A DNA stretch of 64,000 nt from Planctomycetota bacterium (GTDB lineage: Bacteria > Planctomycetota > UBA11346), in NCBI GenBank assembly GCA_038213805.1, contig JBBQSO010000014.1, forward strand, positions 16,607 to 80,606, in the 5' to 3' direction. The notes under the pieces were generated by a model, which was not told the origin of the DNA, made no database searches, and worked only from the letters and a program-made list of their open reading frames with translations. Numbering within the stretch: the stretch's first letter is position 1; each line of letters starts with the position of its first letter. The position numbers and the translations under genes are program-made. Positions 27,794 through 38,835 of this stretch are shown one piece after another.

Positions 27794-28744
27794 TCAATCC
27801 GTGGGCCGATATTCCAGCGTCCAGCTGAAATGCCCACCCGCTGGAACATCGATCCGGATATACGGCTCGGGGCAGAATGCGGCCGCTTCCACATACACTT
27901 CGTAGCGTGATGGCGGCGGCGTGGTGGTGATCTGCAGCCCTCCCGTCGGCGTGGTGACGGAGACCCGTGCGTCCGACCAGGTCCAGGGGATCGTCGTCCA
28001 CGATCCGTTTGGAATCGGATCCGTGAACCACATCCTGGTGCCGTCGACAACCGCTGCCGGTGGGTGGGGCTGCGGTACGGGGATGCCGGGAAAGGTGAGC
28101 CGGTAGGACGAAGCGATGGGTGCCGTCCCAATCCGCAGCATGGCATGACTGTAGAAATCGGTCGCGATCGTCCGGGAACCCGTGTTCTCGAGGCGGTGAT
28201 CAATCGCCACGCCGCCGCCGATGACCAGACGGACCGTCTTCGCATACCGGTAGCCCCAACCATCGGCGCGAAGCGGCAGATCCTGGTGAAACGCCACGCT
28301 GCCCGTAGTCCCGACGACCGTCCATGGGGGGGTTTCGCGGATGGGATAGGCGACGTTGAAGTGGTAGTCCGGAGCGCCCATGCGGGTCAGACGGCCGATG
28401 CCGATCTTTACGAAGGATCCGCCGTCACCCGCCTCGTCCCAACCAGGGGGATCGCGCAGCCCGAATTCCTCGCAGGGTCCGGCCCCATGATCGTGTCCAG
28501 TGGGATCGTGCGCCGGGCGCAACTGGCTGAAATACTCCCGCTCATGCCAGCGCATGCCGACGATCATCCCGCTCCAATCGAAGCGTTGGCCTCGGTACCA
28601 GCCCTTCTCGGCATCAGGCAGGCGGATCTCCACCCGGGTCACGCCATCATCGAGGGTCAGCGCGGGCCACTCCTCGGCTGAAGCGCACATGAGCGTGGCG
28701 CCCAGGATGACTGCGCTGCGCGACGCGCTGGTTGTTGCGCTCAT
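27794..28744 (-). CDS. Secreted protein, likely galactose-mutarotase/aldose-epimerase-like beta-sandwich
   Basis: Signal peptide; WYRGQRFDWSG, LENTG, YSH and C-terminal FCPEPY...W pattern. Confidence 0.6.
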   Translation of the reverse strand: MSATTSASRSAVILGATLMCASAEEWPALTLDDGVTRVEIRLPDAEKGWYRGQRFDWSGMIVGMRWHEREYFSQLRPAHDPTGHDHGAGPCEEFGLRDPPGWDEAGDGGSFVKIGIGRLTRMGAPDYHFNVAYPIRETPPWTVVGTTGSVAFHQDLPLRADGWGYRYAKTVRLVIGGGVAIDHRLENTGSRTIATDFYSHAMLRIGTAPIASSYRLTFPGIPVPQPHPPAAVVDGTRMWFTDPIPNGSWTTIPWTWSDARVSVTTPTGGLQITTTPPPSRYEVYVEAAAFCPEPYIRIDVPAGGHFSWTLEYRPTD

Positions 28745-29012
28745 GACACGTTCCCGATGTGGGCGCAGAATGCCTGGCTCCCGGCAGCAGGCCAGGCGAT
28801 CACCCCAGGCCCTTCCAACAATTTGCTCCGCAGCGAAGTATGCCCAGCAGATGGTCGCGCGATCCCGGTTCGCTGGCGTACGGGGTCGAGGCGTCCGCGA
28901 TCAGCGATGGAGGATCGCAGATGCGTCGTTGCAGGCGGCAGCGACATGTTCGCCGGTGGCAATCCGGGCTCCGTCCGGGGCTGAGCCTCGCCCCCGTGGT
29001 TCCGTGGGCCCC

Positions 29013-30923
29013 TCACCGTCCGGCCCTAAGCAGCGCCCAGCCCTGCCAATCACGTTTGGGCACCGTGTGCACGATGCCGTCGAGCTTCTCCAGCGCCGGG
29101 ACGTTCCAGAAGGCGCCGCCGAAGTTGATCTCCTGATGGCACGCACTGGATAGCGAGCCGTCCTCGACCGCGATGCATGGGTGGTCGTCCCTGATGCCCG
29201 AGGTGTTGTAGATCAGCGTGCCGAGAATCTCGGTCCTGCCGCCACTCCTGGTCAGAACCTTGGTGCCGTCGCCTTCGGTCTTCATGCCCAGGATCCACAT
29301 GGTGCCGCCGTCGTTGCGGGTGTTGACGCGCACGGCCTTGGGGGTTCCTTCGGTGTTCCATTGACGCAGATAGGCGGTGGCGCCCTTTTCGATGTAGGCG
29401 TGGCCGACGCAATTGGTCATGAACAGCGTGGCGCCGGGGCGGGCGATGGCGGCGCCACTGCAGGTGCGCATCAGCACCGCGCGTTTGGTGGAGCGTACCT
29501 CGATGCCGAAGTTCGGCCACGGTGCGAACACCTGGAGGTGTTCGAACACCACCACCGGCGCGGCCTTGGCGGATGGATCGTCCTCGACCACGAACTTGGC
29601 GAGGTTCTCCGGATAGGTGGGCGCATCGGTCGGCCCGCCGAGCAGGCGGATGAAACCGAACCCCCAGATGCGGTTGACCGAACCGTGGACCTTCACGTCT
29701 TTTTTGATCCAGTACCAGTTCGGATCCCCGCCCTTGCCACCGCGCAGATAGACGGTGGTGGCGCCGATCTCGGCCGCGTGATCGATCGCCTTCTGCAGGG
29801 CCGCGCTGTCGTCGTCCTCATCGCCGAACGCGGCGCCGAACTCGTTGGCGCACACCCATTTCTTCGGGTCCTTCTCCAGCGGCACCACCGGCTCCGGCCT
29901 GGGGGTCAGCCCCAAGCCGGAGCCGGGCGCGGCGGACCCGCTGGGCCGGGTGACGGGCTCGCTGCTGAACTCGGCGATGATGCCGCCGGCGAGATCCTTC
30001 TGCGGCGCATGGATGGCGGTGGTGAAGCCCGTGGTGGTCAACCGCTGCGCGTACAGCCGGCCTTTCGCGCCCAGCGACACCGCGGGGCCCGCGGGGCCCG
30101 CGGTACCTGCAGGGGCTTCGAAACGGCAATCGACCAGGCACAGCGAGCCTTCGTCGCTGTCGACGGCGAGGGGCGCGCCGATCACCGTGAGACCTTCCAC
30201 CGCGAACACCTGGCCGCGATGCCGGAGCCCGACCTTGGCCTTGGTCACCGTGACCCGCGAGATGGTCTGGCTGTTGATGCCGCTCGCGGTGTGGATCCCG
30301 GTGGCGAAGCCGTTGATCTCGACGTCCTGGATCAGGTGCGGCCCGTTCTGATCGTGCAGGCCCAGCTCCAGACCGACCACACCGTTGCCGGTGATGCGCA
30401 CGTCCCGCACCAGGCCGGTGTTGTTGGAATAGAACAGCAGTCCGATGGCGCCCGGATTGTTGCCCGTATCGATGGTCAGGTTGACGATCGTGCGATCGAA
30501 GAAGTCGGCATTCATATGCGCGCTATCAGCGCGCGACATGGCGCGGATCGCCGCCTGCGGATGTTCCGGATCGCCAAACCCCGTGGCCTTGTCGTCGAGG
30601 CGGATGATCGTGGTGTCGCGCTCCTGACCATAGAACCAGGGCCCGACCATGGCCCCCTCGCCGCCCTTCGCCTCGGGCTTGAACACCAGTGGACGGGTGA
30701 TGCGGTAGACGCCCTTCGGCAGGTAGATGGTGCGGCTGAAGTCGCTGGCCTGGCAGCGGTACACCGCCTGCTGCAGCGCGTCGGTGTCATCGGCCTTGCC
30801 GTCACCCTTCGCCCCGAGGTCGCGCTTCACGTCGAGCACCGCCTTGGGGTCGTCGGGGAAGATGATCTCCGCTGCCGGGAGCTCAGCGGCAAGCAGACAG
30901 CAGAACAGCAAAGCGAGGCGCAT
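29013..30923 (-). CDS. Secreted beta-helix glycoside hydrolase-like protein (Pectate_lyase_3/GH55-like)
   Basis: Signal peptide MRLALLFCCLLAAELPA; two cap motifs, DVKRDLGAKGDGKADDTDALQ..IYLPKGVY and ANEFGAAFGDEDDDSAALQKAID; GGAG upstream of ATG 30923. Confidence 0.85.
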   Translation of the reverse strand: MRLALLFCCLLAAELPAAEIIFPDDPKAVLDVKRDLGAKGDGKADDTDALQQAVYRCQASDFSRTIYLPKGVYRITRPLVFKPEAKGGEGAMVGPWFYGQERDTTIIRLDDKATGFGDPEHPQAAIRAMSRADSAHMNADFFDRTIVNLTIDTGNNPGAIGLLFYSNNTGLVRDVRITGNGVVGLELGLHDQNGPHLIQDVEINGFATGIHTASGINSQTISRVTVTKAKVGLRHRGQVFAVEGLTVIGAPLAVDSDEGSLCLVDCRFEAPAGTAGPAGPAVSLGAKGRLYAQRLTTTGFTTAIHAPQKDLAGGIIAEFSSEPVTRPSGSAAPGSGLGLTPRPEPVVPLEKDPKKWVCANEFGAAFGDEDDDSAALQKAIDHAAEIGATTVYLRGGKGGDPNWYWIKKDVKVHGSVNRIWGFGFIRLLGGPTDAPTYPENLAKFVVEDDPSAKAAPVVVFEHLQVFAPWPNFGIEVRSTKRAVLMRTCSGAAIARPGATLFMTNCVGHAYIEKGATAYLRQWNTEGTPKAVRVNTRNDGGTMWILGMKTEGDGTKVLTRSGGRTEILGTLIYNTSGIRDDHPCIAVEDGSLSSACHQEINFGGAFWNVPALEKLDGIVHTVPKRDWQGWALLRAGR

Positions 30924-31053
30924 GGCACGCTCCCATGGCAGGTGAGAACAGGGCTGGGCGTCAGCGGAATCGATCGGGAGGGGTTCGCATCCCTGGTCCT
31001 GCCTGAGGATCGAGTACCGCTCCACGCCACCAGGATGATGCGAGCCAGGAAGG

Positions 31054-31677
31054 TCAGTGCCCATATCCACCCGCATGCGCACGCAGGCCCGCGGCGCTGC
31101 TCGCCTGGTCACCCGCCCAGGCGCCTCCCAGCAGCAGGGCCTCAAAGACTTCGGTGTCATTGGGGCCCTTGGCCTTCCCCTTGAAAGACTCCTGGCCATT
31201 GCCACAGAGAAAGGACGCGTTGGAGGTGGTCTTGCTGATGGACAGGTCATCGCCCAGGCTGCCGTCCCCCTGATGATGCGCGAAGGTCGCATCTGCGACC
31301 CGCCACCCGTCATCGATCCACGCCTGGCGTTTGAGCGCGACGCTCATCGCCAGGGTGTGCATGCCGCCACGCTGGTGCCCCGCCTCGAACTCCCTCTGCG
31401 CCTGTTGGAAGCTGACGAATCCGCGGGCGTCACCGGAACCGCCCCGCCAGGGCTCCATCACTGCCGACGGGAGCGAGCGCAGGAGCGCAAGTTCGCTGAC
31501 CACCTGCAGATCGTTCTTCGCTCCGGCCGCAGCGGCGGTAGCGGCGGTAGCGGCGGTAGCGGCGGTAGCGGCGGTAGCGGCGGTAGCGGCGGTAGCGGGG
31601 CCGGAAACCGTACATGCCAGCGCCAGGGCGCACCACAGGACGCGAAAGAAATTCCGGGAGCGCTTGATGTTCTTCAT
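31054..31677 (-). CDS. Secreted hypothetical protein with a (TAA)7 linker; possibly degenerate
   Basis: Basic then hydrophobic signal peptide followed by an in-frame 9-bp repeat; AT-rich promoter-like sequence upstream. Confidence 0.55.
   Translation of the reverse strand: MKNIKRSRNFFRVLWCALALACTVSGPATAATAATAATAATAATAATAAAAGAKNDLQVVSELALLRSLPSAVMEPWRGGSGDARGFVSFQQAQREFEAGHQRGGMHTLAMSVALKRQAWIDDGWRVADATFAHHQGDGSLGDDLSISKTTSNASFLCGNGQESFKGKAKGPNDTEVFEALLLGGAWAGDQASSAAGLRAHAGGYGH
31531..31598. repeat. In-frame 9-bp tandem repeat (AGCGGCGGT) x7.5
   Basis: Seven exact copies (31531-31593) plus a partial copy. Confidence 0.96.
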
Positions 31678-31728
31678 GGTGTGACCGGGGATTCCCAGAA
31701 CAGGGCAGCGCGGGATGTTGCGGTCATG

Positions 31729-31751
31729 GTATTATTAGCACGTACTAATAC
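31729..31751. promoter_or_regulatory. AT-rich palindrome, possible operator
   Basis: TATTAG-CACGTA-CTAATA (31733-31750), overlapping GTATTA-N11-TAATAC, about 55 bp upstream of ATG 31677. Confidence 0.45.
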
Positions 31752-32525
31752 TGCGGATTATGCTCGTTTCTCCACATCGTGAATGAGCCACGGTGCGCGC
31801 CGACGCCAAGCATGGGCGCCCGCATCACCGCCGCGCGGTACAGCGTGCACAGCGAGGCTGACCTTGCCCAGCAAGGTCTGGGCACATGGCGCCAGGCGCA
31901 CCGGGATCGCACGGATGCTGTCCGGGTCCGGCGCTTCCGGCTGTTCGCGAAGGCTGCGGACGAACGCGCCTGGGATCAACGGAATGCTCGCCCTCGCAGA
32001 TCGCGGCCACGGGAATCCCACTCCACCTCCTCCCCAGTGCCCACGTCAAACCACTGGCCGTGCTGGCGGTTGGCACTTGCGAGACTGACGTGTGGGAAGC
32101 TCTGCCGATGGTCGCTCGCAGGGTTCATCCTGGTGATGACCCGCACAAGGGCGACGACCGCGCTCGCGGTGATGGCAGCGGAAGCATCCGCTGATCCACC
32201 GTGGCGGTCGCTGACCGTGACGATCACGATGGCGACACCAGCGCAGGCGTCAGCGCGGGAGGGAGCGCTGCCCGTGCCGGTACCGCCATCGCCGGAGGTC
32301 CGGGCGGAGGTCTGCGTGTCGCCAGCTCCATCGCTGGATTCGACGGTTCACGACGCCATCGGCCTGGATGCGCCTGCGCTCGTGGTCATCGCCGAACATG
32401 CGGCGCCAGGATTCTCATTCCGAATCCCGGCGGCCGCTGGGCCTTACGCCCCCGAAGGGCCACCACCGCACCTGGTGCAGCTCATGCTGGCCCACTGATT
32501 CCGCGGCCGCGGTGGCTGGCCGCGC

Positions 32526-33296
32526 TCACTCCGCGACGGTCTGCAGCGTCCAGAAGTCGTCGGACAGGTCCGGATCGGTGAGGTAGCCGTAGGGCATCGT
32601 GAAATAGCCCTTCATGCCCCACTTGGGGCCCCAGGAATTGCGCACGATGAAGGCCTGCTTGCTCTCGTCGTAGCCGACCGCGAGTACGGCGTGGCCGCCC
32701 AGGGTCGCCTCCTTGGGGCCCGGCATCGAGACGACGCCGGTCTTGGCGACGGCGGCCGATTCGAAGCCCTCATAGACGGTGAAGCCGAAGACGAACGGGA
32801 AGCCGCTGGCCAGGGTGCCCTTGAATTGCGAGAGCAGACGCGGCACGCGCTGGTAGGAGAGCAGTTTGTGCTTCTTCGCCTCGGCGTACACGGCGGCCGG
32901 GGGCTTCTGGGTGAACTTGCCGGGATTGGCGTCGCTGTAAGTCCACGCGGTCTCGGGCGGGGTGCCCAGGTTGTGCACCGACTTGACGCCATCGCGGATC
33001 ATCGCGCCGCTGTCGGACGCGACGGTGTGCTCCATGTCGCGCTCGTTGTAATAGATGAACAGGCGCGATGGGGTGAAGACCTTCTTGGCCTTGGCCTTGA
33101 GCTGCGCGAATTCGAGCGCGCCGGCGATGGCGTTGGCGGTGCAGCTGCCGATCTGGCCCTGATCGTAGACGGTCTTCGGACACAGCTTGCGCAGGTCGAC
33201 CTTGGCGGGCAGGGCGCGCATGATGGCGTGCGGCGCAGCATACAGCAGGTCGCGGTGATCGGGGAGGTCGGGAACCCAGCCATACTTGTTGGCCAT
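32526..33296 (-). CDS. Papain-family (C1A) cysteine peptidase, xylellain-like
   Basis: YGWVPDLPDHRD, DQGQIGSCTANA (Gln/Cys), SRLFIYYNER, GGHAVLAVGY (His) and VRNSWG (Asn); AGGAG Shine-Dalgarno sequence. Confidence 0.95.
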   Translation of the reverse strand: MANKYGWVPDLPDHRDLLYAAPHAIMRALPAKVDLRKLCPKTVYDQGQIGSCTANAIAGALEFAQLKAKAKKVFTPSRLFIYYNERDMEHTVASDSGAMIRDGVKSVHNLGTPPETAWTYSDANPGKFTQKPPAAVYAEAKKHKLLSYQRVPRLLSQFKGTLASGFPFVFGFTVYEGFESAAVAKTGVVSMPGPKEATLGGHAVLAVGYDESKQAFIVRNSWGPKWGMKGYFTMPYGYLTDPDLSDDFWTLQTVAE

Positions 33297-33562
33297 GCGG
33301 TGTCTCCTTGACGGTGCGCCCCCGGGCGGGGACGGGTGATGGCGGAAGGGATCTGCCGCAGCGCGGCGGTGCGCGGCGGACTGCGTGAAGTACTGCGAAT
33401 TCGGCCAGGAACCGGAAGCAGTTCCGACCAGTCGCGGAGTTTGCCGGCCGGGAAGAAGCGGTCCACTACAGAGGGCGGCTGTCGTGGAACCAACCGGACC
33501 GCCGCCTGCCGCAGCGCACGGTCAGATTGCTCTCGCCTCCCACTGCACACGCAAGCGACTCA

Positions 33563-33592
33563 CGCGTCCCGGGACTTCCGGACTTCCGGACC
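33563..33592 (-). repeat. Repeat family A, solo arm
   Basis: The reverse complement reads GGTCCGGAAGTCCGGAAGTCCCGGGACGCG, 6 bp after the thuA stop. Confidence 0.8.
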
Positions 33593-33598
33593 CTCCCG

Positions 33599-34357
33599 CT
33601 AGTGCACGCTGCCACCGCGCACCACCAACGGCTCGAGCGCTTTTTCCGCCGGCACGTGCGGACAGCCCGCCGGGTAGGCGCCGCCCTCGGGGCGCGCCCA
33701 GGCCACCGCGTTGCGCAGCAGCTGCTGCACCAGCGGATGGTGGTAGGTCGGATACGCCTCGTGGCCGGGGCGGAAGTAGAAGATCTTTCCCGCACCGCGC
33801 CGGTAGGTCACGCCGGAGCGGAAGGCCTCGCCGCCCTGGAACCACGACAGCAGGACCACCTCGTCGGGATTGGGGATGCCGAACGGCTCGCCGTACATCT
33901 CCTCCTGCTCGATGTCGAGGTGCGTGCCAGGCAATCCGCGCACGATGGCGTGGCCGGGGTTGCAGAACCACAGGCGCTCGCGCTCGCCGGCCTCGCGCCA
34001 GCTGAGGTCGCAGCTGGTGCCCATCAGACGCTTGAAGATCTTGGAGTGGTGGCCGCTGTGCAGGACGATCAGGCCCATGCCGTCGAGCACGCGCCGCTGC
34101 ACGCGTTCGACGACCGCATCCGCGACCTCGCCGTGGGCGGCGTGGCCCCACCAGGTCAGCACATCGGTCGCGGCGAGGCGCGCGTCGGTCAAACCGTGCT
34201 CCGGCTCCTGCAGAGTGGCCGTGGTGGCCTTGATGCCAGGATCGGCGTTGAGCGCCGCGGCGAGTGCGCCGTGCAGGCCTTGCGGATAGATGCTCGCCAC
34301 CAGCGGCACCCGCTGCTCGTGGACGTTCTCGCCCCACACGGTGACGCGGATGGTCAT
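33599..34357 (-). CDS. thuA: ThuA trehalose/sugar utilization protein
   Basis: [42 protein letters not shown] and FYFRPGHE motifs. Confidence 0.93.
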   Translation of the reverse strand: MTIRVTVWGENVHEQRVPLVASIYPQGLHGALAAALNADPGIKATTATLQEPEHGLTDARLAATDVLTWWGHAAHGEVADAVVERVQRRVLDGMGLIVLHSGHHSKIFKRLMGTSCDLSWREAGERERLWFCNPGHAIVRGLPGTHLDIEQEEMYGEPFGIPNPDEVVLLSWFQGGEAFRSGVTYRRGAGKIFYFRPGHEAYPTYHHPLVQQLLRNAVAWARPEGGAYPAGCPHVPAEKALEPLVVRGGSVH

Positions 34358-35382
34358 GGGCTCTCCTTGCTGGTGCGCGCGGCGCGCGGCGCGCGGGTGG
34401 TGGCGCGCGGCACCAGCACCACGGGCAGCTCGAGCGCGGCGACGCTCGGCGCCTTGCCGGCGGTGGGGCGGTGGAGCAGGGTGGCGATCGACTGCGCCGC
34501 CCACGCGCCAAACTCGCCCATCGGCTGGCGGATGGTGGACAGCCCGATGATGTCCATCAGCGGCTGGTCATCGAAACCGATCACCTGCACATCGCGCGGC
34601 ACCTGGTGGCCGCGCGCGCGCAGCTCCTCGAGCACGCCAACCGCGATCATGTCATTGACGCAGACGATGCCATCGACTTGCGGGTGCTGGTCGAGCAGCG
34701 CCGCGGCCGTGGCGCGCCCCGCCTCCGGGGTGATGGCGTCGGCGCGCAGCTGTGGGGCCTGGCTGCCGGCCACCGCCACGAAGCCCTCCTCGCGGTCGAG
34801 GAAGGACTGGGTCTCGGCCGAACCGGTGATCAGCGCCAGCGCCTTGCTGCCGCCGCGCTGCAGGTAGCGCGCGGCGCGTGTGCCGGCAGCGACGTTGTCG
34901 ATGGTGACCGAAGGCACCCCGGGCAGCGCGTACTCGACGCTCACCACCGGGATGCCCATCTGCTGGAGCTGCGCGACGCGCTCCGCGGTGATGCCCATGC
35001 TGCACAGCACCAGGCCCTCGCAGGCGTGCTCGCGCACCAGGCGGTCGAGGACGCGGTTCTTGTCGTCGCGGTCCTGGATGTTGTAGAGCACGAAATCGAG
35101 ATCGGCCGCGGCCAAGCCGAGCGACAGCGGCTTCGACACCGAAAAGTAGAAACTGGCGCTGAAGAACGGCATCAGCGCGGCGACGCGCTGGCGGTTGGGT
35201 CCGCGCACCGCCAAGCGGCGCGCCGCGCGGTTGGGTCGGAAGCCCAGCTCGACCATGGCGCGCTGCACCGAGAGGCGCGTGGCGCTGGCCACGCGTTCGC
35301 TGCCATTGAGCACGCGACTGACCGTGGCGATGCCGACGCCGGCGCGTTTGGCGATGTCATAGATGGTCGGGTCGCCGAGCAT
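34354..35382 (-). CDS. LacI-family transcriptional regulator
   Basis: [39 protein letters not shown] and LSTIRQP motifs. Alternative start GTG 35391. Confidence 0.96.
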   Translation of the reverse strand: MLGDPTIYDIAKRAGVGIATVSRVLNGSERVASATRLSVQRAMVELGFRPNRAARRLAVRGPNRQRVAALMPFFSASFYFSVSKPLSLGLAAADLDFVLYNIQDRDDKNRVLDRLVREHACEGLVLCSMGITAERVAQLQQMGIPVVSVEYALPGVPSVTIDNVAAGTRAARYLQRGGSKALALITGSAETQSFLDREEGFVAVAGSQAPQLRADAITPEAGRATAAALLDQHPQVDGIVCVNDMIAVGVLEELRARGHQVPRDVQVIGFDDQPLMDIIGLSTIRQPMGEFGAWAAQSIATLLHRPTAGKAPSVAALELPVVLVPRATTRAPRAARTSKESP

Positions 35383-35415
35383 GGACGCCACGGTCGTACG
35401 GACCGGGACGGGGTC

Positions 35416-35428
35416 GGCAACCGCTCTC
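35416..35428. promoter_or_regulatory. Possible LacI-type operator
   Basis: GGCAACCGCTCTC (imperfect palindrome with a central CG) about 35 bp upstream of the LacI gene. Confidence 0.3.
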
Positions 35429-35434
35429 GTCGCT

Positions 35435-35818
35435 CTAGAGCTCGCGCAGGCGCGGCAGGAGCAGGATCACGCCCAACACCGCCATGGTCACCTCGAGCGG
35501 GAAGATGTACCAGGCGTTGCCGCCGGGCTCGGACTGGGTCAGGAAGGCGGCGCTGCGGAAGAGCACGATGCCCACGTAGGTGCAGGCCGCGACCAGCAGG
35601 CCGGCGGTCTGCAGGCCGGGGCGCCACGCCGCGAGCGCGAAGATCACCGCCAGTCCGAACTCAAGGCCACCGTAGACCGCGAAGTACTCGCTGCGCCCGG
35701 CGCCCCCCACCGGCTGCAGGCCGACGAAGGCCGCGGTCTGCGCCGGTTGGATGACGCACCACACCGCGAACACCAGGTAGATGACGGCGTTGACGGCGAG
35801 GTAGATGGTGGCGGTCAT
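35435..35818 (-). CDS. Four-TM membrane protein (DUF4345-like)
   Basis: 127 aa, hydrophobic, with an SEYFAVYGGLEFGL motif. Confidence 0.8.
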   Translation of the reverse strand: MTATIYLAVNAVIYLVFAVWCVIQPAQTAAFVGLQPVGGAGRSEYFAVYGGLEFGLAVIFALAAWRPGLQTAGLLVAACTYVGIVLFRSAAFLTQSEPGGNAWYIFPLEVTMAVLGVILLLPRLREL

Positions 35819-36015
35819 GGCGAAAACCTAGGACCCCGACGACGGGGCGCGAGAGGCTTTCCGGGATCTTCCGGCAGCCGCGCCAGCGCCTGCTGCACGC
35901 GGCAGCGCCCGCGCCGCCCAGGTCGCCCTTGCCCCCGCACTGTGCGCTTCCACAGTCGGCTCCGGGTTCCGCCGCGCGCGCGGCAGGCACATTTCCCCCG
36001 CGCTCCGGAGCGTCC

Positions 36016-37025
<1,010 letters not shown>

Positions 37026-37029
<4 letters not shown>

Positions 37030-38834
37030 GGAGCGGCTGCGCCGCGGTCCGGAAGTCCGGAGGTCCGGCAGTCCGGAAGTCCCGTGACGCGCGGGTCGCG
37101 ACCGCGCCCCGATGCGACGGACCGCCCCCAGGAACGGATTGGCCGCGGCCCCGGACTGCCGGACTTCCGGATTTCCGGACTTCCGGACTCGTGCACGCCG
37201 CCTGCGCGCTCCTGATCCTGCTCACCAGCGCCGTCGCCGTGAACGCCGAAGAGGACCTCGCCGTCACCGTCGCGACCTCATGGCTGGATGGCCACGGCTA
37301 TACGCCGCTGATCATCACCATCGCCGCGCGCATCGAAGCCGATGTCACCCTTGAGGCGACATGCGGCTCCATGCATGCCCGCCTCGCGACGCACGTGACA
37401 CCAGGTGGGCCGGCGCGCCGCACCCTGCTGCTGCCCGCACAGGGCAGCGACTACCTGCCGGGTGGCGAGCTCACGTGGAATGACGGGCACGGCCATGCCG
37501 GCACGGCGGCATTCAATGGCGGCAGCGCGCGCGGGCAGTCCGATCTCTCCCTCGCGGTCATCGACCCGGGTGAGGAACTGCACCTGCCGGCGCTCGTTGA
37601 AGCCCTCGAGAAGGGCAGCGGTGTTAACACGCGCAGCTTGCAGCGCATCGCCCCCGATCTGCTGCCGGAGCGCTGGCAGGGCTATCCCTCGTGGCTGACG
37701 GTCTGCCTGACCCCGGGCGGCGAGGCCGCGCTCGGAAGCGCCCAGCGCGCCGCGCTGGTGCTGTGGACGCAGGCGGGCGGCGCGGTCTTCGTCACCACTC
37801 CGGCCCAGGTGGCGCGCTGGGCGAAGGACGGGGTGGCGGCGACGCCCGTCGACACCGCCGACGCCGCGCAGGTGCGCGCGCTGCATGAGCGCATCGCCGC
37901 CGCCGGCGAGGGCGGCGGGCTGCTCGACCGCCTGTCCGTGCCCGGCACCGAGAACGTGCCGGTGGCCGGCTTCTTCATCCTCGCCATCGGCTTCGCGCTG
38001 GTCGCGGGCCCGCTCAACCTGTGGTGGGCGCGGCGCCGCAACGCGCGGCACTTGTTGCTGCTCAGCACCCCGCTGCTGAGCGCCGCGACCTGCCTGGTGC
38101 TGCTGGTGGTGAGCATGCTCCACGACGGCCTGGGGGTGCGCCGCAGCGTCATCCAGGCGACCTGCCTGGACCTGCGCAGCGGCCGCGCCGTGACCTGGAC
38201 CGCCTGCACCTATTTCGCCGCCTTCGCACGCAGCAGCACGCTGCTCGACCAGGACGCGCGGCTCGAGCGCATCGACTTGGAGGACTCGTCGGAGCGCTAT
38301 GGCCGGCGCGAGCTGCCGCTTAGCGTTGACTGGCGCGCGGGCCAGCTGCTGAGCGGTGACCTGGTGCCGGCACGCCGCAACCGCACGCTGATCTGGGTCG
38401 AGCCGCGGCCCGACCGGCGGCGCATCGCGATCAGCGCCGCGGGCGACGGCTGGACGGTCGGCAACGGTCTGGGCGCGACCATCACCGCGGTGGTGTGGTT
38501 CGATGCACATGGCCAGCCGTGGCGCGCGGACGGCCTTGCCGATGGCCAGCGCAAGCCGCTGGAGCGCATGCCGCGCAATCCCTCGGGCAACGACTGGCGC
38601 CAGTACCCGCCCGCCGCACTGGCCCCCGGTGCCCGCCTGCACCAGGGTTTCCTCGGCCACAGCCACCGTCAGATGGCGCTGCGCCTGGCCGAGGCGCCCG
38701 GGGCCTTCGTCGCGCTGCTCGACCGGCCGTTCGCGGCCGTGCCCGGCCCGGATGGCAGCGAGGCGCAGGCGGTGCAATCCACGGTGTTCGGCACCTGCCT
38801 GCCGGACCCGGCCCCCGCCGCGGGAGGGCGCTGA
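37026..38834 (+). CDS. Membrane-anchored hypothetical protein of the MoxR/ABC cluster
   Basis: Start GTG 37026 (GTGA overlap with moxR) or GTG 37191; signal-like segment, LPERWQGY, and two central TM helices around VAGPLN. Confidence 0.8.
37047..37188. repeat. Repeat family A, copy 2: 36-bp inverted arms (32/36 match), 70-bp spacer
   Basis: Arms 37047-37082 and 37153-37188 are made of GTCCGG(A/C)A octamers. Confidence 0.9.
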
Positions 38835-38835
38835 G

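Noticed and set aside
31779..32498. 239-aa plus-strand ORF
   Set aside because: It has no clear start signal or family motif. The 3' half could be a small or decayed gene, but I cannot support a call.
27703..32525. Genomic island or mobile element
   Set aside because: The composition looks somewhat different by eye, but I found no integrase, transposase, tRNA or flanking direct repeats.
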